Origin: Vicugna vicugna
Taxonomy: Eukaryota
Reading direction: 5' to 3'
Length of the DNA stretch: 64,000 nucleotides
NCBI GenBank assembly: GCA_013265495.1
Contig: MU058337.1
Location: 4,272,880 to 4,336,879, forward strand
The notes under the pieces are model-generated. The model saw only the letters and a list, made by a program, of their open reading frames with translations, searched no databases and was not told where the DNA came from. The translations under genes were made by a program, and so were the position numbers. Positions 41,983-54,520 of this stretch are shown here, one piece after another. Within the stretch, counting starts at the first letter, position 1. The number at the start of each line of letters is the position of its first letter.

Positions 41983-42216
41983 AAACCATACAAGTCATAT
42001 AAATGAAGGATGGAATAAGCAGTGGTCTGTTACACTAGGCAGCCCGTGCCCGGAGGACAGCGGCTTCTCAGAAGCTCTGTGGGGTGCTTAAGTAGGGAGG
42101 ACCTTGCCCATCACAACTTGACACGTGAGTGAAATGGACCGCATTCGAGCAAACTCCAGCGTATCGAACTTGCTAAGCGTTATATCAGACATGCTTTTGT
42201 ACTGTTGCCGACACAG

Positions 42217-42324
42217 GAATATGCCAGTTTACAAGTGAGTGAGCCCCAAATCCGAGAGGGCATGAAGAGAGTGGAACCACAGACTGAAGATGACCTCTTT
42301 CCTTGTACGTGCCACAGGAAGAAG
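42217..42324 (+). CDS. POGLUT2: POGLUT2 exon 9
   Basis: cag|GAA TAT ... AAG AAG|gtaacc; [36 protein letters not shown]; 108 nt. Confidence 0.95.
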
Positions 42325-43209
42325 GTAACCAGAGCTGACCTTCTGACCCACGTCAGAGTAAGAACTGACAGTGATCTAAGTCCTTATTCCTTAACTCATT
42401 CAGTCAGGCAACAACTATCCGAATTCCTCTTGGCGCCTCCAAGCAATTCGTTCTACCAGATTCAGATATAATAGATCCCAAAGAGGCAAAAGACGGGCGC
42501 TAAGATGCAGTGAACTGATAACACACGGGGCTCCCAGCAAAGCGGAGGGAAGCCTGTTTTATTGTGAGAATTCAGATCAGATTGAATAATTACAGTTTGT
42601 GAAGTATTTTCACACGTGTCATCTCATAGCCTCATCTCCCTGTAAGAGAGCTTCTGCCAAATTCATCATCCCAATTTAGAAATGAAAAAATATATAACCA
42701 TGATTACTCATGTGAACAGATTATTCATTTGAAAGCAGTCTCTGTTGCTACCACCACATACTGATTTCCTTTGTAAGCGGCAGATTCACGTATGGACTTG
42801 CTAGGCTGAAGAGGACCTTAGCAGGGGTCACTCAGTAAATGCCTTCATTTTACAGTTAAGAAAACCGAGCCCAAAGAAGACTTTAGCTCAGAATCCTCTA
42901 TCTGGATTATAGCAAAACAAGGACCCAAAACCAGTGTATCATTCTCAAATTGTGTGCATAGTAGTGTAGAAAGACAGTGTGGCAGGGGAGGGTTGTTTTG
43001 ATTATAGTTGTTTTTTGCTTAAAGGAATATATATTGTATAAAATTATGTATATATTCATATATATAATATGCTGGCTTGACATTATCTCAAGCAACCTCG
43101 TCAGATCTCAGAACAGACAAACTCAAAACGGTGACTTTGAACCCAAAGATGGTAGTTATTACATCTGCCTCTCAAGGGGGTTTAAAAGGAACAAGGTGAC
43201 TCCTAGTCC

Positions 43210-43410
43210 CTGTGGTGTGATGGAACCAACTTTTATGGGCTCACTGATTGTGAAATTTAGGAATTTTGCACAGCAGTTAAGTGTTGGTAGCTTGGGATCC
43301 ACCTGGTGGGAGTATTTACACCATGACAACAGCACATGATACGAATCAGCTTTGTTTTGTTTCATTTTGTTCTGGTTTGTTGGAGGACTGCTCTGCCGCT
43401 AACTGGCCCT
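43210..43410. mobile_element. MER63-like DNA transposon fragment
   Basis: GTTGGTAGCTTG...GGTGGGAGTATTTACACCA motif, recalled from MER63. Confidence 0.6.
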
Positions 43411-43709
43411 CAAGCAGTGCACCATCAGCGCGAACCCCTCTCAGCGCTGTCGGACCATAAAATCAGTTAAAGCCAGTGACGAAGCAGAAACTGCCAGAAA
43501 TGAAAGGGACCCCCATCAGGTTCCCCATCAATGTGACTTACCCTTGGGTGATTCCAGGAATAGTCCCAGGTCCTAAAAGCCTCTAGCAGTAACTTGGCTA
43601 TTTTTTTCCTTCTTTGATCTTTAAGGGAAAACAATTAAGAAACTAATGTAAGTCATCTAGACTCATAGAAGACTTCTTGATGTTTCTAAATATTATTTCT
43701 TAATTGCAG

Positions 43710-43727
43710 ACCAAAGATGAACTCTAA
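43710..43727 (+). CDS. POGLUT2: POGLUT2 exon 10 coding part (TKDEL*)
   Basis: cag|ACC AAA GAT GAA CTC TAA. The CDS totals 1509 nt (502 aa) and ends in the ER-retention signal KDEL. Confidence 0.95.
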   Translation, partial: TKDEL

Positions 43728-43925
43728 TGGGCAAAATACCTTCCTTTCAAATAATGGTGCTCTGAAGACTCTTCTTAACTGAAAAGAAGAAGAATGTCTT
43801 TTAAATATTAATTCCATGGACAATGTAAAATCTGCTATGTGATTGCTTGGATTATAAAGATATGTTCCTTCTTATTATGCAGTATTCCCGTGACTGTCCT
43901 TTGAAGCACGTTTTTAGAATTTTAT

Positions 43926-43931
43926 AATAAA
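43926..43931 (+). terminator. POGLUT2: POGLUT2 polyadenylation signal
   Basis: AATAAA about 200 nt after the stop, followed by T-rich and then GT-rich (tgtgttgtg) sequence. Confidence 0.8.
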
Positions 43932-44193
43932 ATCACTTTTATTTTAAAAGCCTGTGTTGTGCTAGTCATTAGCTGTGTTTGGACCATGGAGCAGTAAAAA
44001 GAGAGGGTGTCTGGATCCTGGACTCAGTGCGAACAAAGCATCACAGAAGCCGCCACCTACCCAGACACGTGGTTCACATGACAAAGCACTAAACCTCTGT
44101 CTTGTTTACACTATTGTTTTGGATAATCGGTCACTCACGGCCAAACCTAATTCTAATGATTCTGACAAGGCCTTTCATAACCTGCCCTCTGCC

Positions 44194-44487
44194 TTTTTTT
44201 TTTAAATTGAAATGCAGTCAATTTACAATGTTGTGTTTGTTTCTAGTGTACAGTGTAGTGATTCAGTTATACACATATATTCCTTTCCATGTTCTTTCTC
44301 AATATAGGTTATTACAAGATACTGAATATAGTTCCCTGTGCTATATAGTAGGACCTTTTTGTTTATCTGTTTTATGTGTAGTAGTCAGTATCTGCAAATC
44401 TCGAGCTCCCAGTTTATCCCTCCACACCTCCTTTCCCTCCTGGTATCCATAAGTTTGTTTTCTATGTCTGTGAGTCCGCTTCTGTTT
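44194..44487 (-). mobile_element. L1 3' end fragment
   Basis: Poly-T, then TTGAAATGCAGTCAATTTACAATGTTGTG...TTCCCTGTGCTATA, the reverse complement of an L1 3'UTR. Confidence 0.85.
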
Positions 44488-45089
44488 CCCCAGATCTTTA
44501 ATCAAATCCCTCACCGCTTCCTAACATGTACCCTCTAGTCCAGCAAAACCAGTCCTTTAGTGCTGCTTCAGTGTTTTGTTCCTTACCTTCCTTGTAGATG
44601 CTTTCCCTTGGTCTGGAATGCCATGACCCTCTTCGTCTGGCTTAGATATGCTTCAGTGCTCGTTTCAGGAGTCATGCCCCTGAGTCCTCTCGTCTGTACA
44701 CTCGTATCATTGTATTTACCATGCTGTGTGGTCGTGATCCAAATCATTATTTTTCTCCCTGACCAGGTTTTAAGCAACTATACACTCTTCTGTTTAAAAA
44801 AGTGCCTGCAACTAGAAAGACTCAATAAGTAGTGAATGGATGAATGAATCACTGAATGAAAAATTACCCTGGAATGTGATTAAGGGGATTAAGCAGAAAC
44901 TAGAAATCCTAACACTGAACCATAACGTATGTCCCCACAAATTCGTTTCCTAGTAGTTTCCCTTCCACCTGTCTTCCAGTTAGGTCATCTGTTATAAATT
45001 TTTCAAATTGTGGAATGTATCATATATGCAAAAGGCTATAAAACATATGCAGCTTAAAAATAATTCTAAGAATACACCCATGGAACTAC

Positions 45090-45552
45090 TGACAAAGAGT
45101 CTTTGCTTGGCAAATTTTAATCAGAATCCTGAACCTTCTAGTTCCTTCTGTGCACTTCCATTTAAAGTCTAGTTTCAGTAAGAACCCTGCTAAGTCTGTG
45201 TAGCAAGAATCCCCCATCCGCCATATCTGATCACTCTCATCATCTAATCTGGTTCCTGGTCCTCCTCTGTCCCCCCAGGTGACGTCTGATCCCTCCAGCA
45301 CGTCTTCAGTAAGAATCCTTTTAGGTCAGATTAGCCAGACCCCCCCCCCCGCAACCCTGGATGTTTCCTCTTAGTAATTTCCCATCCACTGCCCCCCACC
45401 CTGCTCCTCAGCTATAAATTCCCACTTGGCTCTGCTATATTCAGAACTGAGCAGGTTCTGTCCTGAGATCCCTTCTCCCCTTTTGCAATAGTCCTGAATA
45501 ACATCTGTCTTTACCACTTTGACTACTGTCCAGGTCTGGTTTTGCTTTGACA
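45090..45552 (+). mobile_element. Solo LTR (ERV1-like)
   Basis: TG...CA termini (TGACAAAG...CTTTGACA), 4-bp TSD CTAC at 45086-45089 and 45553-45556, TATA box CTATAAAT at about 45412. Confidence 0.85.
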
Positions 45553-45675
45553 CTACCAGCTGGGTTCAGAAATAGAACACTGCTGCTTCCCTGGGAATGC
45601 CTCGTGTGTCTCACCTGCTCCCAGTTGGCCATTGTTGTGGTGGCTGTGATCATCTTTTCCTTGCCCTTATGTATC

Positions 45676-45775
45676 ATTATTATTATTATTGTTTTAAAAA
45701 GAGGTACTGGGGATTGAACCCAGGACCTCTTCATGCTAAGCATGGGCTCTACTGCTGAGCTATACCTCCCCCTAC
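45676..45775 (-). mobile_element. tRNA-Ala-derived SINE (short form)
   Basis: Reverse-strand copy with an (ATT)n tail. TSD CCTTGCCCTTAT. Confidence 0.88.
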
Positions 45776-46661
45776 CTTGCCCTTATTTAGAGTTTTACCA
45801 CCTACCTATACTTCCCTAAGCAACACAGTTTAATTTTGCTTTGTTTTAAAATTTATATAAATGGATTTTTGCTGCTATTACTTGCCTGTTGGTGAGTATA
45901 GTGCCAGTACATTCATTTGTACATGGAGACAGTATTACATTGTACAAAGAGGATCACTGTTTTGCACATTCTACTGAAGATGGACATTTAGGTTGCTTCT
46001 GTTTTTCTGGTAATCCTATTCTTATTTATGTTTCTTGGCCACATTTTCTTAGGAGTGGAATTATTGCGTTGTAAAGTGTGTACCTCTGCAATTTTACTAG
46101 ATAATGTCAAACAACTTTTCAACCTGATTGTCACAATTTACCCTCTCCCAGTGATGTTCAAGATTTCCTGTTGCTTTGCTTCCTTGCTAATGCTTGATAT
46201 TATCAGACTTTTACATTTTTGCTGATCTTTTATTCTTTAATTTTTTGCTAATCTGATTGGTGTGGAATGACAACTCTTGTTTTAATATTTATTTCTCTGA
46301 TTACTAATGAAGCTGACCATATTTTCATATCGTTATGAGCCACTTGTGTTGCTTTTCCTATAAATTTTTATTGATAGATTTACTTACTTTGGCTCATTTT
46401 CCTACTAAATTGTTTGGCTTCCTAGTGGATTCATAAAAGTATATTTTGGAGCTAGTACTTTGTTGATTATATCCGCAGCATACCTCCTAGTTCATGGCGT
46501 GTCTTTAATTCTCACTGCAGTGTCTTTTAATATTCAAAGACCATGATTTTAATGTATAGGGCTATATCAATCTTTTTCTTAAATGGCTGGTGTGCTTTAT
46601 ATCTTGTTTAAGAAATCTTTCCCGATCCCCAGGTCACTAAGTCAGTCTTCTATGTTATCTT

Positions 46662-47102
46662 CTATATGAGTTCCCTAGGGCTGCCTCAGCGAATTATCAC
46701 AAACCTGGTAACTTGACATGGAAGAAATTTATTCTCTCCTAGTTCTGAAGACCAGAAGTCTACGGCCAAGGTGTCGGCAGGGTTGGTGCCTCCTGGACTC
46801 TCTCTCCCCTTGCCTCTCTCCCAGCTTCCGGTGGCTGCTGGCAATCCTTGGTATTCCTTGGCTTGTAGACACCTCCATCCAATCTTTGCCTCCATCTTCA
46901 CACGGTCTTTCCCTCTGAGTGTCTCTGTATCGCTCCTCCTTTTCTGTCTTTTATAAAGACATTCGTCCTTGGATTTAGGGCTCACTCTAAATCCAAGATG
47001 ATCTCATCTTGAGAGTTTTAATTATATTATATAAAGACCCTATTTCTAAGTAGACAGGTTAGGACTTTGACAAATTTTTGGGGGGCTACTATTCGCCCAC
47101 TA
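46662..47102 (-). mobile_element. MLT1 (MaLR) LTR
   Basis: GTTCCCTAGGGCTGCC...AGTTCTG...GGCAATCCTTGG...GGATTTAGGG...TATTCGCCCAC. Confidence 0.8.
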
Positions 47103-47954
47103 TATTTAAAAACGTTCCTTTTGAAACTAGGAACAACATATGAATTCCCACATCACACACTGCTGTTCTGCCTAGTGCTGGGAGTCTGAGCTGGCACAGT
47201 CAACCCAGAAAAGAGGTAGGAAGTTGAAGGATTGAAAAATAATAAATAAAACTGTCACTAAAAGTAGGTGATAGGCTACAGTACATGGAAAATCTTAATG
47301 AATCTACAGATAAGTTGTTGGAATTAACAAGAAAAGGTGGCATTTGCTAAATACAAAACTATTAAATGCAGTTGTATTTTAATGTACCAGCCAGCAACAG
47401 AAAAAATAAAAATAAAAATGTTTATTTCAAGATAGCATTCACAGTAGCTTTGAAAGCTATGAAGTAATTGTTTGAGGAATTAATTCTAGCAAAAATGGAC
47501 AAGATCTTTATACAGAAAGTTAGGCAACTTTTAAAAAAGTAATTCAATTGAAAAATATCACATGTTCACGGACTGGCAAACTCAGTATTAAAGATGTCAA
47601 CTTTCCCCCACATAGTATATAGAGTCAATGGCCTGTCGACCAAAATATGCCCTGCCCCACTTTATGAACCTTTCCTAAGAAATGTATTCACCTGCAAAGT
47701 CCAAGAAATATTAAACACTCTGAAGAAAGGACGAATTGTGAGCTTTCCCACTATATAGCAAGAATGTTTACAATGCTACAGAATTTCAGACCATGTGATA
47801 CTAGTGGCAGGAAAGGGAAAAACAGAACCATACCACATAGTGATGCATAAACAGGCTGGAAACTTATCTGCAACCCGGGACTGCAGAGAGTTGGAGAAAG
47901 GTCGCATATTTTAGTGAGTGGAGCTGGGACAATGTGTATTAATGATTCCAATTC

Positions 47955-48745
47955 CAGTGCGTGGTTGTTCTCCCCACACCGTCAAGCAATTCACTCACAT
48001 CAGTCAGGTGTGCAACAATTCAACTCAATTCTGACACCATCTACTCGGGGATAGGACCAGATTCCTCAGGTTAAGGGCTCAGTCCATAAGACTGGCCTTC
48101 ACTTCAGATGCCAATCACAAGTCCAGGTTGTCGCCTGTGCTTCTGACCGACTGGCTATAAATCATAGCTTCCCACAACCCCCTCCATGGGTCCAATTAAT
48201 TTGCTGGAGCAACTCACAGGACCCAGGAAGCCAGGTTCCTCAGTAGACTACCAGTTTATTACAAAGGATAGTGAAGAATGGTAATCAGCAGCCTGATAAA
48301 GAGATGCTCAAAACAGGTTCCCAAACAAAGGGGCTTCTGTCCTCGTGGAGTTTGGGGCAGGGCTTGGTGATTTGTGGAAGTATCTGCTTCACCAACTTGA
48401 AAACGCTTCAAACCCCATCTTTTTGGGTTTTATGGTGGCTTTATTACATAGGCCTGATTGATTAAATCATTGGCCACTGTTGATAGAATTAACCTCTAGC
48501 CTCTTTCCCTCTCCTGGAGGGGAATGGGGAGACACTAAAAGTTCTGCTCCTATAATCACAAGGTTGTTTTTGTTGACAACCAGCCCTTATCCTTTGGTAC
48601 TTTTCAAAATCCAACGTATTAACATAGCAATAGTCTCCTTTATTGCTCTTTCACTTCAGAAATTCCAAAGGTTTCAGGAGCTCTATACCAGAAATGGGAC
48701 AAAGGAAGACAAAATATGTATTTCTTATTATAAATCATAATATCG
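47955..48745. mobile_element. MER21-like LTR
   Basis: CAATTCAACTCAATTCTGACAC...GGTTAAGGGCTCAGTCC...CCAGTTTATTACAAAGGATA resembles the MER21 consensus as I recall it. Confidence 0.7.
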
Positions 48746-49243
48746 TACGTATCCGTATATGGAAGAAAAACAGTAAGATCCTCAGCACACAATAAATCCA
48801 AAGATCAATTCGAGGAGGATTAGTGACAAAAGGCAAAACATACCATTTGTCATCAGCAAAGAGGCTGTCTCTGTGCTGTATTAGCAGTATATGTCTACTG
48901 GCAGCTGCAGTGACTGAAGAATTATTAGTTCCTTCACTTTATGGCAATGATAAATTAAGTCTTACAACATATTACCCAAAAAATGCCAACTCGAGAAGTT
49001 TCTCAACATGGGTTTCTCATTGTACAAATCTTTTTAAATTCACCCTGAGAAGATGGCCATTCCAATCCATCACAGTGGCACTGCCACAAATGGCCCGCGT
49101 GTTCCCTAGACCTCAAATGACACATGAGCATAGCAGGAATTCCTCTGTCCAATGCTGCCTCTTGTAAAAATAAGTAAAAAGTAGGTGCTGACAGGATGGC
49201 GATCATGGTATATCCCTCCTTGTCTTATAAATCTTTTGTTACT

Positions 49244-49382
49244 ATTTTTTTTTTTGCAGGGGAAGGTAACTAGGTTTTGCTGTTTTGGGGGGTTTCTTTT
49301 TTAGAGGAGGCACTGGGGATTGGAGCCAGGACCTCCTGCATGCTGAGCATGCACTCTACCACTGAGCTATGCTCTTCCCCCC
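49244..49382 (-). mobile_element. tRNA-Ala-derived SINE
   Basis: Reverse-strand copy with the 3' module. TSD ATAAATCTTTTGTT at 49227-49240 and 49383-49396. Confidence 0.9.
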
Positions 49383-52341
49383 ATAAATCTTTTGTTTAAA
49401 TTAATAGAGTTGAGATTCCAACAAGGAATTCAGAATGACTGACTTAGGTTCTGGAACTTGGAGTGTGTGACCTGTTGATGGATGATTAACTTGACAGGTC
49501 TTGTCTGTCTGTGTCTTTCAAAGTCTGGTTTAGAGAATGAGACTTTCAGTCTGAACACTTGAAGTAGGGTATGAGTAATTGAATTGAAAGCATCATATGC
49601 TCATACAAATGTCCATAAACTTTTCCCTCTCCAAAAAAATTTCTCTGTAACAATTTTTCGTATCATGGCTCTCTTTCCATAATTTTACACTACATTTTTT
49701 TAAGAAGAAAATGTTGGGTGTGAAGAGAGGATGTGGCTGCACAGGTGTAGTGTGAGGGATGCCTGTGATTCTAGGTTAGTCCTATATCTTCATTATAAAG
49801 GTGGTTACATAGCTATACACATGTGATAAAGCTACATGGAACTACACACACGCAGATATGAATGCAGGTATGGTTGATGAAATCTGAATAAGCTCTGTGA
49901 ATTGTACAATGTCAAACTCCTGGTTTGATACTATTCTAGAGGTGTGCAAGACGTTACCTTTGGGGATACTGAATGCAAAGTATAAAGAATCTCCCTGTGC
50001 AGACTCTTGGTAACTTCCCATGAATATATAATTATTTCAAAATGAAATTTTATTTCTCATAAAATTTCAAAAGTAATATAGGCTCACAATAACAAAAAAA
50101 ATCAACTTCTTCCAATCCCTATCTTCTCAATAGAACCACTGTTATAAAAGTAGATTTACAGACATTTTTGGATCCATAAACTTGTAGGTTAGAGCCATAA
50201 TTCATCTGCTCCATCCTTTCTACTACATAAGAAGGATTATTTCTAATTTTCAGCTCTCTCAAAAAGAAGGCTGCCTGCTGGGAACACTGTGGATACCTTA
50301 AAATTTTTATCGATAAGGCAAAACAGAAAGAGACTATATAAACTAGACTCCCATTACTAGGGTCTTCAAATCTCATGTACCTATATATTCAACAACACCG
50401 GATAATATTTATCTTTTACATTTTTGTCTATTTGGATACAAACATTATTTTCAAAATATTTCCCTGATTACTTGTGAAACCGAATATCTTTTTTTCTTGT
50501 CTTTGACTTTTCCATGATGTCAAATTTTCCTTTTTAAAAATTTTTACTTACTGATTTGTTTCAATTCTTTATGTATTATGAACTTCAACCTTTTGCTGCT
50601 ATGTTTGTTTCAAATGCTGTCTCCCAATCTCTTTGGTCCTTTGACTTTGCCCACAGTGCCTAAATCAGCAAAGGATTGAATCTAAAAATATATGTACATA
50701 CATGTGTGTATATGTATAACTGAATTGCTTTGCTGTACACCTGAAACTAACATTGTAAATCAACTACACATCAATAAAGAATAAAATTTTACCAAGTCCA
50801 TTGATTTCAATGTTAATCTCATCCAACAACACTCATAGAAAATCCAGAGTAATGTTTGATCACATATCTGGGTCCCTTGGCCCAACCAAGTTCAAACATA
50901 AAATTAACCATCACAAATAGAATTTATTCAACAAGTATTTATTAAGCACTTAATATGTGCCAGGCATGGTATTAGGTTCTAGAGATACAGCCATGAACAG
51001 TCACTATCTCTTCTGAAAGAAGACTGAAGTAAACAAGGGAAAAATAAATTAATAAGCAGGACAATTATGGATTGATAAATAAAAAATTATTACAAAGAGA
51101 AAATGGGGTGGGTGGGTGGCTGCTTTAGACTGGATGATCAAAGATGCTACTGATTTTTCACTGTTAAGCAAAATGTTTATTACGGTTTATGATAAACAAC
51201 CACTATTAATATATTTCCAAATACTAACTTATAAAGAAGGAAGGGCATTAAAATTTTATTAAATGCTTTTTGGGCATCTATTTAAATGTTCGTGTTTTAT
51301 TTCGATTTGCTTTTGTTACATTTATCCATAACGAATTACATTAATAGTATTTTAACTTTGAAACATCATAAAAACTATGTATTATTGTGTATTATTACTT
51401 TAACCTAGGGATGGATTATTTGTGCTAGTATTGGGCCAGATCTGGCCCACCGCTTGTTTCGGTACAACCTGCAAGCTAAGAATAATTTTAACATTTTTAA
51501 AGGGTTAAAAAAATCAAAAGAACAATATTTTATGACATGTTTCAATATGAAATTCAAATTTGGGTGTCCAAAAATACTTTTGTATTAGTTTCCTATTGCT
51601 GTTGTGACAAATTGCCACAAATTTAGTGCTTTAAAACAACAGAGATTGATTCCTGTAGAGTTACGGGGGTTAGAGCCTAAAATCAGTGTTTTGGAGATAC
51701 TGTTAAGGTTTTGGTTGGTAGGGCTGGCTCCTTCCTGAGGCTCTGAGGGCACAACGCCTTTTCTGGTTTCTAGAGAAGCATTTCTTACATTTCTTGTTTT
51801 GTGGTTCCTTGCTTCATGTTCCCATGCAGCAACTTAGCATCTTCAAATCTCTCACTGTTTCTGTCATCACTCTGTGTTTTGTCTCTCTGAATGTTACAGC
51901 AGTGTTATTCATAGTAGTCAAACAGTGGAAACAATCCAAATACCCATCAACTGGTGGTTGTTTTAATCCATAAAGTTCAATACTAAAACAAAGTCAGCAA
52001 CAAAAAGAAATCAGTTATAAGAAGGAACAAAGTACTATTACATGCTACAACATTGATAAATCTTGAAAATATTATTCTAAGTGAAAGAAGTCAGATATAA
52101 AAGACAACATATTGTATGAAATGCCTAGAAAAGGCAAATCTATAGACAGAAAGTAGACTAGTGGTTGCCTGGGGTTAAGGGTAGAGGGAAATGTGTACAG
52201 GTTTCTTTTTGGGGTGATGGAAATGTTCTTAAATCATGGTGATAGTTGCAAATGGTTATGAACTTACTGAAAACCATTGGATTGTACTCTTAAAGTGAAT
52301 GGATTTTATAGCATATAAATAAAGTTATGTTTAAAAGCACA

Positions 52342-52435
52342 GGGTGGTGAGATATAGCTCAGTGGTAGAGCACCTGCTCAGCATATGTGAGGTCCTGGGT
52401 TCAATCCCCAGTCCCATCATCAAAGGATAAATAAA
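52342..52435 (+). mobile_element. tRNA-Ala-derived SINE (short form)
   Basis: TATAGCTCAGTGGTAGAG...GGTTCAATCCCCAG followed by an A-rich tail. Confidence 0.85.
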
Positions 52436-52903
52436 CATAGCCAGAAAATTAGGAGTCAAGTAAAGAAATGTTAATTGAGACTTTGCAGTTAAGGAAAGTG
52501 CTTTTTGAGATAAATGACGATGAGTGGTTTTGTGGATTTTATTTTTATTTTCTCCCAAGTGCTGTGACAGAAAAGAGGGTCGTTACCAACTGCGCCGGGC
52601 TTGGGGAAGAGTCATTTATTCAAGATGTATTGATTTGCCAGGAATAATTCCAGACACGGGAGAATCAAGATAAAATAATGACAATAAAGACTCCAGTCTT
52701 CATGGGGAGTTTACAGTCCAGGAAGCAGATAGACAAGTTCATGTATGTTAAGTGACCAGGGTAGGACAGAAAGTGTGGGTGAGGTGATTAGGGAAGGCCT
52801 CACTGAGAAAATGACAGGTGGGTGAAGACCCCAAATTTATGCACCGCTGGCTACTGGGATCTTTCCTAGAAGACGGAACAACCAGGCAAAAGCCCTATAG
52901 TGA

Positions 52904-53357
52904 TGTAACCCAGTAGGACCCTAGGGGGCCTTCCCGGGACAGACCCCCTCCCCATACTCTGCGCTGGAGCTCCTCTCTGAATTACTCCGGTAGTATTTCC
53001 TGGGTTTTTCAGATGCTAAAAAACACCATCAAATGGAAGAAGTTAACTATTTGACGATCATGTGCACATAGCCCCCAGACCTTCTGGTGCCTACGGATTG
53101 ATCACCATCAACCAGAGAATTGTGCACAGCTGGTCACATATCCTGGGCTCACATAGCACAGCCCTTTCCTCAGCTGGCCTTTAAAGATGCTCAGCTGAAA
53201 CCCTTCAGGGAGTTGGGGGTGGGGGGTTAGGCACAAGCCACCGGTTCTTCTTCCTCGCCCAGCAGTAAACCTTTTTCTGCTCTAAACTCTTGACACTTCT
53301 ATATTTATTTTTTTCCCTCGCTGTGACCTGGGGCACAGGAACTTGGGTTAGGTAACA
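52904..53357 (+). mobile_element. Solo LTR (ERV1-like) abutting the TEX30 promoter
   Basis: TGTAACC...GGTAACA termini, perfect 4-bp TSD GTGA at 52900-52903 and 53358-53361, TTTAAA at about 53180 and AGTAAA at about 53264. Confidence 0.85.
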
Positions 53358-53399
53358 GTGAGGGCTAGTCTGGCCGGTTTGGGTGTGAGGACTGCAAAC

Positions 53400-54520
53400 A
53401 TCTGGCCGCTGCGCCGATAAATAGCGAAGAGGTGTGCGGGTAAGGGTTGGAGCAAGAGACCATTCAGCCGACTGCTTCAGTAACCAGGCAAACACCGTGG
53501 TGAGGCTCCGGCGGGTGAAGTCTAAGTGTAAGAAGCGGTTGGATTCTGCATGTATTTGCAATCGGATGGCTGGACTGATAGTGGGGTGTGTGAAAAAGAG
53601 AACAGAGTTGGCCCCACATTCTTCGGCCTGAGCAACTGCTGGGATGGCGTGGCTGGGACGGGGAAGTCCTGAGTGGAGAAAATGTGGACGAGGTAACCAC
53701 CCGGCCGCTGGCCGTTGGGGAGCAGAGAGTCGCGGCCGCTTCACCGCCAGCAGCGGCGGGAAAACTCCCGCCCCCAGCGTGCCCCGCGCGCCGCCCGCGC
53801 GCCTGGGGGCGGGGCCTGCGCGCGCAAGCGCCGTAGCGGAACGCGCTGGCGGGTGCGGCGAGGCGGTCCCTTCGAGTGTGGTAGTTCGCTCCCTGAAGGG
53901 AGTGAGGGCAGTTAGGTTCTTCGGGCCACTTCCCCTTCCCCGGTAAGTGCGGCGGCGCTCGGCGCCGCCAGATTGGGGACGGCTTCCGAGGACCCCGGAG
54001 GGCTTCCCGTGGCCCCACCGGGGGCGTTTCGGGCTCGCGGCCGTCGCCCCTCAGGGGCTGTTGGGCGGCTCCGTGAGGCGTTTGGCGTCCGTTCGGTGCC
54101 CGCGGGCGGCGGCCGCTGGGGCTTCGTCTTCCCAGCCGGTCGGGAGGCGGAGTGAGAGGACGGCGTGGGTGGGGAGAGAAGAGCGGGGCCGGCCTGGGTC
54201 CCGCGAGCCCGGCAGCGGCGGCCAGTTCGGAGCAGCCTCCGAGCTCTGAGGGTCTCCCGGGCCCTGGCGACGGCCACCGCACAGCCCGGGGCGGGCCGAA
54301 AAGGACGACCCTCAGGTGTTTTTGGGTCCCAAACTCCGGGAAACGCCTCCAGTTCCTACTCTTGTCCCCCTGGGCGTTTGTTGGCTCGGCCAGATTACCG
54401 GCCCCCGAGAGACTTGAACTCTTAACCGTTTGCCTTTGCGCCGCGATTTCCAACGTTCTGCCCAGACGTGGCGGATAACGTACAAGCGTTTTTCCAGTTG
54501 GAGGTGGCGGTGGCGGCACC
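53400..54520 (+). promoter_or_regulatory. TEX30: TEX30 CpG-island promoter and non-coding exon 1 (donor CG|gtaagt after 53942)
   Basis: CpG-dense; GC box GGGGCGGGG at 53806, NRF1-like GCGCAAGCGC at 53822, consensus donor at 53943. Confidence 0.8.
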
